Origin: Octopus vulgaris
Taxonomy: Eukaryota
Reading direction: 5' to 3'
Length of the DNA: 64,000 bases
Assembly: GCA_951406725.2 (NCBI GenBank)
Contig: CATOCA020000001.1
Location: forward strand, 5,022,001 to 5,086,000
The translations under genes and the position numbers were made by a program. Of this stretch, positions 14,712 to 25,879 are shown one piece after another. Every line of letters starts with the position of its first letter. Position 1 is the stretch's first letter. The notes beneath the pieces are model-generated. The model did no database searches. It was given only the letters and a program-made list of their open reading frames with translations, and was not told the origin of the DNA.

Positions 14712-17609
14712 TACTTCTTCTACTTTCAACTTCTTCATCTAGCCCTTCCTCCTCCTCCTCCTTCTTCTTCTTCTTATTCTTATTCTTTTTCTTCTACACC
14801 TACTTTTCCCTATCATCATCTTCCTCCTCCTTTTTCCTCTTCCTTCTTCTACTTCTTTTTTTCATCTTCTTTTTTCTACCCAATCCTCTCCGCCCCTCCT
14901 CCTCCTTTTTCTTCTTGTAATTCTCCTCCTCCCTTCCCTTGCTCCTTTTCTTCTTCTTCTGCTTCTTCTTCTAATTCTTCTTCTTCTTTTCCTCCTCCTC
15001 CTTCTTTTTCTTTTCTTCTTCTCATTCTTCTATTTCTTTTTTTTTTCTTATATTCTTCTTCTTCTTCTTCTTTATCTACTTCTCCTCCTCCCCTCTTTCT
15101 TCTTCTTATATTCTTCTTTTTGTTATTCTCATCCTCCCCCTCCTCCTCCTTCTCTTCTAATTTTTTTCTTATTATTATTCTTCATTTTCTTCTTTAAATT
15201 CTCTTCCCCCTCGACTCCGCCCCTCCTCCTCCTATTTCTTCTTGTAATTCTCTTCCTCCCCCTCCTCCACTGCTCCTTCTTCTTTTTCTTCTCTTTCTTC
15301 TCCGTCTTATTCTTCTTCTTCGTCGTCTTCTTCTTCTTCTTCTTCTTCTTCTTCTACTTTCAACTTCTTCATCAACCCTTCCTCCACCTCCTCCTTCTTC
15401 TTATTCTTATTCTTCTTCTTTTTCTTCTACACCTACTTTTTCCCTATCATCATCTTCCTCCTCCTTTTTCCTCTTTCTTCTTCTACTTCTTTTTTTCATC
15501 TTCTTTTTCTACCCAATCCTCTCCGCCCCTCCTCCTCCTCTTTCTTCTTGTAATTCTCCTCCTCCCTTCCACTCCTGCTCCTTTTCTTCTTCTTCTGCTT
15601 CTTCTTCTAATTCTTCTTCTTTTCCTCCTCCTCCTTCTTTTTTTTTCTTCTTCTCATTCATTCTTCTATTTCTTTTTTTCTTCTTATATTCTTCTTCTTC
15701 TTTCTACTTCTTTATCTACTTCTCCTCCTACCCCTCTTTCTTCTTCTTATATTCTTCTTTTTGTTATTCTCATCCTCCCCCTCCTCCTCCTTCATCTTCT
15801 TCTTCTTTTTCATCTTCTCCTACTTATTCTCCCCCCTTCATACTCCTACTCCTCCTCCTTTTTCCTCCACTTCCTCTTTCTTCTTCTTCTTCAACATCTT
15901 CTCCTCCTCCTCCTTCTCCTTCTTAACTTCTGTTTTTGTTATTCTCTTTCTCCTTCTCCTCCTCCTCCTCCTCATTCTTCTTCTTCATCTTCTTCTTCTT
16001 TTTCCTGCTTCAAATTCTTCTACGTCTTCTTCTTGTTCTTCCCTTCCTTCTTCTTGCAATTCTTCTTCTTCCCCTCCTCCTCATCCTCCTTTTTTTCGTC
16101 TTCTTCTTCTTCTTCTTCTTCTTCTTCTTCTTCTTCTCCTTCTTCTTCTCCTTCTTCTTCTTCTCCTTTCTTCTTTCTACTTCTTCATCTACTTCTCCTC
16201 CTTCTCTTCCTCGTCTTTCTTATTCTTATCTTCTTCTTGTTATTCTCTTCCTCCTCCTCCTCCCCCTCCTTCACCTTCTTTTACTTTTTCTCCTACATCT
16301 TCTTCCCATTTATCAGCCTCCTCCTCCTTTTTCCTCCTATTCCTTCTTGCTCTTCTTTTTCTTCTACCTCTTCTCCTTTCTTCTTCTAATTCTTCTTCCC
16401 TCCTGCTCTTCCTTCTTCTTCTTCCTTTTCTTCTTCGTTATCTTTCTTCTTTTTCTTCCTTTCATTCTCAAGTCACAGTGTTTGATGTTGTATCACAAAT
16501 ATTTTCCATAAAATCTATTTTACTCTTTCTTTACTGCTATAGAAATCTTTGGAAGAACAACATTTCAACCATCACAGAAGGTGCATTTACGGGGCTTTCA
16601 AATTTAAAGAGATTGTAAGTTCGTTCAGTTTCTTGATACTATTTTCCGAAACTAATAATTGATGATGATATATAAGCTCACAATTGTATAATATTTCAGA
16701 CTGAACCAAACAAAATCAATTCGAATTTGTAGAATGAACAAGATTTAGGAAGATACAAAGAGAATAGCAGAGAGTAAGACAATGTGAAAGAAAGAGAGAG
16801 AATTTGAGAGAGAAATTGAAATAATAGGAAAAATATAATGTTCCTTTATTGTAGTTGCTTTGTTTCAATTCGCATCACAATAACTCATTTTTGTTCCCCA
16901 AATTTCAATGATTTTGATATGAATTTGTATTAGAAATGGTAACGTTTGTGAGTTTACATGTTTGCATCAAATATTTTTAGCTGAAGTATATGTGTATGTT
17001 CATATATAAGTGTAGTTCTGTGTGAAATGTGACTATATTATTCTTTTATTTTATATTTTACATCCTACTCCATTTCTTATTTCAATATTCACCTTCGTGT
17101 TTCGATATTATCACACAACTTCGAATTTTGTCATTCACTTCACGTTATTTATGTAATAGAGCAACTGAAGTGGAAGCGGAAAATATATATTCGAATAATA
17201 TAGTCACATACATTCTATCTGTAAACCTGAAATACTTACTGTACTTGTAAGCTGGAATATTTGGCCTGATACAATTAAACTGCTGATATATTTCTTGTAA
17301 GCGTGTGTTTTCTAATATTCTTGTGACAATGAAGCGATATGAAATAAATAATCTCTCTCACCATATGTCCACAAGGGTGAGTGGGAATATGTGTGATGTG
17401 AGTGTGCATACCGCATTCCGTCGTTGTTACTATGAATATAAGAATGCGTATGAGTGCATTTGAATATGTTGATTTCTGATTCCGTATATTCCCTGATTTT
17501 TCAGCCACGTCTTTTCGCCCAAAATTTTTCATTCTATCCTTGAATTATTTCCTGATGTTTTGAGAACATTTTCAGTTTCATCTTAAACACCATGATTTTC
17601 AATGTGTCT

Positions 17610-17656
<47 letters not shown>

Positions 17657-20600
17657 TTCTCCTTCTTCTTTTTGTTCTTTATCTTATTCTACTTCTCCTT
17701 CTCTGCCTTTTTTCATCATCTTTTTGTCATTTCGTCTTCTGCCTCCTTCTTCTTCTTCTTCTTCTTCTTCTTCTTCTTCTTCTTCTTCTTCTTCTTCTTT
17801 TCTTTCGTCTCCACTTCTACTTCATCTTCTTCTTCTTCTTCTCTTCTTTTCTTTTTCTTCTATTTCTCCTCCTCCTCCTGGTCCTCCTCCTCCTACTCCA
17901 GGTCCTCCTCCTCCTTCCTCTTCTAATTTTTTCTTCTTATTATTCTTCATTTTCTTCTTTAAATTCTCTTCCCCCACCACTCATCCCCTGCTCCTCCTAT
18001 TTCTTCTTGTAATTCTCTTCCTCCCCCTCCTCTCCTGCTCCTTTTTCTTTTTCTTCTTTTTCTTCTCCGTCTTCTTCTTCTTCTTCTTCTTCGTCTTCTT
18101 CTTCTTCTTCTTCTTCTTCTTCTTCTGCTTCCTCTTCTTCTTCTTCTTCTACTTTCAACTTCTTCATCTACCCTTCCTCCTCCTCCTCCTTCTTCTTATT
18201 CTTATTCTTATTCTTTTTCTTCTACACCTACTTTTTCCCTATCATCATCTTCCTCCTCCTTTTTCCTCTTCCTTCTTCTACTTCTTTTTTTCATCTTCTT
18301 TTTTCTACCCAATCCTCTCCGCCCCTCCTCATCCTTTTTCTTCTTGTAATTCTCCTCCTCCCTTCCACTCCTGCTCCTTTTCTTCTTCTTCTGCTTCTTC
18401 TTCTAATTCTTCTTCTTCTTTTCCTCCTCCTCCTTCTTTTTCTTTTCTTCTTCTCATTCTTCTATTTCTTTTTTCTTCTTATATTCTTCTTCTTCTTTCT
18501 ACTTCTACATCTACTTCTCCTCCTACCCCTCTTTCTTCTCATATTCTTCTTTTTGTTATTCTGATCCTCCTCCTCCTCCTCCTCCTTCATCTTCTTCTTC
18601 TTTTTCATCTTCTCCTACTTATTCTCCCCCTTCTTACTCGTACTCCTCCTCCTTTTTCCTCCTCTTCCTTCTTCTTCTTCTTCTTCTACATCTTCTCCTC
18701 CTCTCCTTCTCCTTCTTCTTCTTTTTTGTTATTCTCTTTCTCCTTCTCTCCTCCTCCTCCTCCTCTTCTTTTTCTTCTTCATCTTCTTCTTCTTTTTCCT
18801 GCTTCAACTTCTTCTATGACTTCTTCTTCTTCCCTTCCTTCTTCTTGCAATTCTTCTTCTTCTCCTCCCCCTCCTCCTCCTCCTTCTTCTTCTTCTTCTT
18901 CTTCTTCTTCTCCTTCTTCTTCTTCTTCTTCTCCTTTCTTCTTTCTACTTCTTCATCTACTTCTCCTCCTCCTCTTCCTCGTCTTTCTTATTCTTATCGT
19001 CTTCTTCTTGTTATTCTCTTCCTCCTCCTCCTCCCCCTCCTTCTCCTTCTTTTACTTTTTCTCCTACATCTTCTTCCCTTTTATCAGCCTCCTCCTCCTT
19101 TTCCTCCTCTTCCTTCTTCTTCTTCTTTTTCTTCTACCTCTTCTCCTTTCTTCTTCTAATTCTTCTTCGCCTCCTCCTCTTCCTTCTTCTTCTTCTTCTT
19201 TTCTTCTTCGTTATCTTTCTTCTTTTTCTTCCTTTCATTCTCAAGTCACAGTGTTTGATGTTGTATCACAAATATTTTCCATATAATCTATTTTACTCTT
19301 TCTTTACTGCTATAGATATCTGTTCAAGAACAAGATTTCAACCATCAAAGAAGGAGCATTCACGGGGCTTTCAAATTTAAACGTATTGTAAGTTCGTTCA
19401 GTTTCTTGATACTATTTTCCGAAAGTAATAATTGATGCTGATATATAAGCTCACAATTGTATAATATTTCAGACTGAACCAAACAAAATCAATTCGAATT
19501 TGTAGAATGAACAAGATTTAGGAATATACAAAGAGAATATGAGAGAGCGAGACAATGTGAAAGAAAGAGAGAGAATTTGAGAGAGAAAGTGAAATAATGG
19601 GAAAAATATAATGTTCCTTTATTGTAGTTGCTTTGTTTCAATTCGCATCTCAATAACTCATTTTTGTTCCCCAAATTTCAATGATTTTGATATGAATATG
19701 TATTAGAAATGATAACGTTTGTTAGTTTACATGTTTGCATCAAATATTTTTAGCTGAAGTATATGTGTATGTTCATATATAAGTGTAGTTCTGTGTGAAA
19801 TGTGACTATATTATTCCTTTATTTTATATTTTGCATCCTCCTCCATTTCTTATTTCAATATTCTCCTTCGTGTTTCCATATTATCACACAACTTCGAATT
19901 TTGTCATTCACTTCACGTTATTTATGTAATAGAGCAACTGAAGTGGAAGCGGAAAATATATATTCGAATAATATAGTCACATACATTCTATCTGTAAACC
20001 TGAAATACTTACTGTACTTGTAAGCTGGAATATTTGGCCTGATACAATTAAACTGCTGATATATTTCTTGTAAGCGTGTGTTTTCTAATATTCTTGTGAC
20101 AATGAAGCGATATGAAATAAATAATCTCTCTCACCATATTTCCACAAGGGTGAGTGGGAATATGTGTGATGTAAGTGTGCATACCGCATTCCGTCGTTGA
20201 TACTATGAATATAAGAATGCGTATGAGTGCATTTGAATATGTTGATTTCTGATTCCGTATATTCCCTGATTTTTCTGCCATGTCTTCTCGCCCAAAATTT
20301 TTCATTCTATCCTTGAATTATTTCCTGATATTTCGAAAATATTTTCAGTTTCATCTTAAACACTATGATTTTCAATGTGTCTTCTTCTTCGTCTTCTTCT
20401 TCTTCTTCTTCTTCTTCTTCTTCTTCTTCTTCTTCTTCTTCTTCTTCTTCTTCTTCTTCTTCTTTCTTCTTCCACTTCTCCTCTTCTTCTTCTTCTTCTT
20501 CTTCTTTCTTCTTCTTCTTTTTCTTCTATTTCACTTCCTCCTCCTCTCCTCCCTCCTTCTCCTCCTCCTCTCCTTCCTCCTCCTCCTTCTCCTCCTCCTC

Positions 20601-23600
20601 CTCTCCTCCTCCTCCTTCCTCTTCTAATTTTTTTCTTCTTATTATTCTTCATTTTCTTCTTTAAATTCTCTTCCCCCTCCACTCCGCCCCTGCTCCTCCT
20701 ATTTCTTCTTGTAATTCTCTTCCTCCCCTCCTCTCCTGCTCCTTTTTCTTTTTTCTTCTTTTTTTCTTCTTCGTCTTCTTCTTCTTCTTCGTCTTCTTCT
20801 TCTTCTTCCTCTCCTTCTTCTTCTTCTACTTTCAACTTCTTCATCTACCCTTCCTCCTCCTCCTCCTTCTTCTTATTCTTATTCTTATTCTTTTTCTTCT
20901 TTACACCTACTTTTTCCCTATCATCTCTTCCTCCTCCTTTTTCCTCTTCCTTCTTCTACTTCTTTTTTTCTCTTCTTTCTTCCCAATCCTCTCCGCCCTC
21001 CTCCTCCTCTTTCTTCTTCTAATTCTCCTCCTCCTTCCATTCCTTCTCCTTTTCTTCTTCTTCTGCTTCTTCTTCTAATTCTTCTTCTTCTTTTCCTCCT
21101 CCTCCTTTTTCTTTTCTTCTTCTCATTCTTCTATTTCTTTTTTTTCTTCTTATATTCTTCTTCTTCTCTCTACTTCTTTATCTACTTCTCCTCCTACCCC
21201 TCTTTCTTCTTCTTATATTCTTCTTTTTGTTATTCTCATCCTCCTCCTCCTCCTCCTTCATCTTCTTCTTCTTTTTCATCTTCTCCTACTTATTCTCCCC
21301 TTCTCTCCTACTCCTCCTCCTTTTTCGTCCACTTCCTTCTTCTTCTTCTTCTTCTTCTACATCTTCTCCTCCTCCTCCTTCTCCTTCTTAACTTCTGTTT
21401 TTGTTATTCTCTTTTTCCTTCTCCTCCTCCTCCTCCTCCTTCTTCTTCTTCATCTTCTTTTTCCTGCTTCAAATACTTCTACGTCTTCTTCTTCTTGTTC
21501 TTCCCTTCCTTCTTCTTGCAATTCTACTTCTTCCCCTCCCCTCCTCATCCTCCTTCTTTTTCGTCTTCTTCTTCTTCTTCTTCTTCTTCTTCTTCTTCTT
21601 CTCCTTCTTCTTCTTCTCCTTTCTTCTTTCTACTTCTTCATCTACTTCTCCTCCTCTTCTTCCTCGTCTTTCTTATTCTTATCTTCTTCTTGTTATTCTC
21701 TTCCTCCTCCTCCTCCCCCTCCTTCTCCTTCTTTTACTTTTTCTCCTACATCTTCTTCCCTTTTATCAGCCTCCTCCTCCTTTTTCCTCCTATTCCTTCT
21801 TGCTCTTCTTTTTCTTCTACCTCTTCTCCTTTCTTCTTCTAATTCTTCTTCGCCTCCTCCTCTTCCTTCTTCTTCTTCTTTTCTTCTTCGTTATCTTTCT
21901 TCTTTTTCTTCCTTTCATTCTCAAGTCACAGTGTTTGATGTTGTATCACAAATATTTTCCATATAATCTATTTTACTCTTTCTTTACTGCTATAGATATC
22001 TGTACGAGAACAACATTCAACCATCAAAGAAGGTGCATTCACGGGGCTTTCAAATTTAAAGGATTGTAAGTTCGTTCAGTTTCTTGATACTATTTTCCGA
22101 AAGTAATAATTGATGCTGATATATAAGCTCACAAATGTATAAAATTTCAGACTGCGCCAAACAAAATCAATTCAAATTTGTAGAATGAACACGATTTAGG
22201 AAGATACAAAGAGAATATGAGAGAGCGAGACAATGTGAAAGAAAGAGAGAGAATTTGAGAGAGAAAGTGAAATAATAGGAAACATATAATGTTCCTTTAT
22301 TGTAGTTGCTTTGTTTCAATTCGCATCTCAATAACTCATTTTTGTTCCCCAAATTTCAATGATTTTGATATGAATTTGTATTAGAAATGGTAACGTTTGT
22401 GAGTTTACATGTTTGCATCAAATATTTTTAGCTGAAGTATATGTGTATGTTCATATATAAGTGTAGTTCTGTGTGAAATGTGACTATATTATTCCTTTAT
22501 TTTATATTTTGCATCCTCCTCCATTTCTTATTTCAATATTCACCTTCGTGTTTCGATATTATCATTCAAATTCGAATTTTGTCATTCACTTCACGTTATT
22601 TATGTAATAGAGCAACTGAAGTGGAAGCGGAAAATATATATTCGAAAAATATAGTCACATACATTCTTTCTGTAAACCTGAAATACTTACTGTACTTGTA
22701 AGCTGGAATATTTGGCCTGATACAATTAAACTGCTGATATATTTCTTGTAAGCGTGTGTTTTCTAATATTCTTGTGACAATGAAGCGATATGAAATAAAT
22801 AATCTCTCTCACCATATTTCCACAAGGGTGAGTGGGAATATGTGTGATGTGAGTGTGCATACCGCATTCCGTCGTTGTTACTATGAATATAAGAATGCGT
22901 ATGAGTGCATTTGAATATGTTGATTTCTGATTCCGTATATTCCCTGATTTTTCAGCCATGTCTTCTCGCCCAAAATTTTTCATTCTATCCTTGAATTATT
23001 TCCTGATGTTTTGAGAACATTTTCAGTTTCATCTTAAACACCATGATTTTCAATGTGTCTTCTTCTTCGTCTTCTTCTTCTTCTTCTTCTTCTTCTTCTT
23101 CTTCTTCTTCTTCTTCTTCTTCTTCTTCTTCTTCTTCTTCTTCTTTCTTGTTCTTTTTCTTATTCTACTTCTCCTTCTCTGCCTTTTTCATCATCTTTTT
23201 GTCATTTCGTCTTCTGCCTCCTCCTTCTTCTTCTTCTTCTTCTTCTTCTTCTTCTTCTTCTTCTTCTTCTTCTTCTCTCTCCTCCTCTCTGCTCCTTCTC
23301 CTCCTTCTTTTTCTTCTCTTCTTTTTCTTCTTTGCCTTCTTCTTCTTCTTCTCTTCTTTTCTTTTTCTTATACTTCTACTCCTCCTACTCCTCCTTCTTC
23401 TAATTTCTTTCTTCTTCTTATTCTTCATTTTCTTCTTTAAATTCTCTTCCCTCCACTCCGCCCCTCCTCCTCATTTTTCTTCTTGTAATTCTCCTCCTCC
23501 CCTCCTCTCCTGCTCGTTTTTCTTTCTTCTTCTTCTTCTTCTTCTTCTTCTTCTTCTTCTTCTTCTTCTTCTTCTCCTTCTCCTTATTCTTTTTCTTCTT

Positions 23601-25847
23601 CTTCTTCTTTTTCTTCTTCTTCTTCTTCCTCTTCTACTTTTCAACTTTTTCAACTCCTCCTCCTCCTCCTCCTCCTTCTTTTTCTTATTCTTCTTCTTTT
23701 TCTTCTACTCCTACTTTTCCCCCTCTATTGTTTCCTCCTCCTTTTCCTCTTCCTTCTTCTACTTCTTTTTCCTCTTCTTTCTTTCTTCACTATCCTCTCC
23801 TCCTCCTCCCCTCCTTTTTTTCTTGTAATTCTCCTCCTCCCCCTCCTCTCCCGCTTCTTTCTTCTTCTTCTTCTGCGTCTTCTTCTTCTTCTTTTCTCCT
23901 CCTCCTTTTTCTTTTCTTCTTCTCATTTTTCACATTTTTCTTCTTATACTTCTTCTCCTTCTTCTTCTACTACTTTGTACTTCAACATTTACTTCTCCTC
24001 CTACTCCTCTTTCTTCTTCTTATATTCTTCTTTTTGTTATTCTTATCCTCCTCCTCCTTCATCTTCTTCTTTTTAATCTTCTCCTACTTATTCTTCCCCA
24101 TCATTCTCCTCCTCCTCCTTTTTCCTCCTCTTCCTTATTCTTCTTCTTCTTCTTCTTATTTTTCTTCTCTCCTTCTTTCTACTTCTTCTTCTCCTTCTCC
24201 TCCTCCTTCGCCTCCTCCTCCTCCTTCTTCATCTTCTTTTCTTTTCCTGCTTCTCTTCTTCTACGTCTTCTTCTTCTTCTCTTCTTTCTTCTTCTTCAAT
24301 TCTACTTCTTCCTCTCCTCCTCATCCTCCTTCATTTTCTTTTTCTGAATTTCTTCTTCTTCTTCTTCTTCTTCTTCTTCTTTCTACTTCTTCATCTACTT
24401 GTCATCCTCCTCCTCCTCCTTCTTTACTTTTTCCGCTTCTACTTCTTCCCTTTTACCATCCTCCTCCTCCTTTTTCCTCCAATACCTTCTTCCTCTTCTT
24501 TTTCTTCTCTTCTTCTCCTTTCTTCTTCTACTAATTATTCTTCTTCTTTTTCTTCTTCTTCGTCCTCCTCCTCCTCCTCCTTCTTCTTCTTCTTCCTTCT
24601 TCTTCTTCGTTATCTTTCTTCTTTTCTTCCTTTCATTCTGAAGTCACAGTGTTTGATGTCGTATCACAAATATTTTCCATATAATCTATTTTACTCTTTC
24701 TTTACTGCTATAGAGCTCTGTACGAGAACAACATTTCAACCATCAAAGAAGGTGCATTCACGGGGCTTTCGAATTTAAAAGAATTGTAAGTTCGTTCAGT
24801 TTCTTGATACTATTTTCCGAAAGTAATAATTGATGCTGATATATAAGCTCACAAATGTATAAAATTTCAGACTGCACCAAACAAAATCAATTCAAATTTG
24901 TAGAATGAACACGATTTAGGAAGATACAAAGAGAATATGAGAGAGCGAGACAATGTGAAAGAAAGAGAGAGAATTTGAGAGAGAAAGTGAAATAATAGGA
25001 AAAATATAATGTTCCTTTATTGTAGTTGCTTTGTTTCATTCGCATCTCAATAACTCATTTTTGTTCCCCAAATTTCAATGATTTTGATATGAATTTGTAT
25101 TAGAAATGGTAACGTTTGTGAGTTTACATGTTTGCATCAAATATTTTTAGCTGAAGTATATGTGTATGTTCATATATAAGTGTAGTTCTGTGTGAAATGT
25201 GACTATATTATTCCTTTATTTTATATTTTGCATCCTCCTCCATTTCTTATTTCAATATTCTCCTTCGTGTTTCGATATTATCATTCAACTTCGAATTGTG
25301 TCATTCACTTCACGTTATTTATGTAATAGAGCAACTGAAGTGGAAGCGGAAAATATATATTCGAATAATATAGTCACATACATTCTATCTGTAAACCTGA
25401 AATACTTACTGTACTTGTAAGCTGGAATATTTGGCCTGATACAATTAAACTGCTGATATATTTCTTGTAAGCGTGTGTTTTCTAATATTCTTGTGACAAT
25501 GAAGCGATATGAAATAAATAATCTCTCTCACCATATTTCCACAAGGGTGAGTGGGAATATGTGTGATGTGAGTGTGCATACCGCATTCCGTCGTTGATAC
25601 TATGAATATAAGAATGCGTATGAGTGCATTTGAATATGTTGATTTCTGATTCCGTATATTCCCTGATTTTTCAGCCATGTCTCTCGCCCAAAATTTATCG
25701 ATCTATCCTTGAATTATTTCCTGATATTTAAAACAATTTCAGTTTCTTCTTGAACACCATATTTTAAAGTGTCATCTTCTTCTTCTTCTTCTTCTTCCTT
25801 CTTCCTTCTTCTTCTTCTCCTTCTCCTCGTCATTCTTTTTCTTCTTC

Positions 25848-25879
<32 letters not shown>

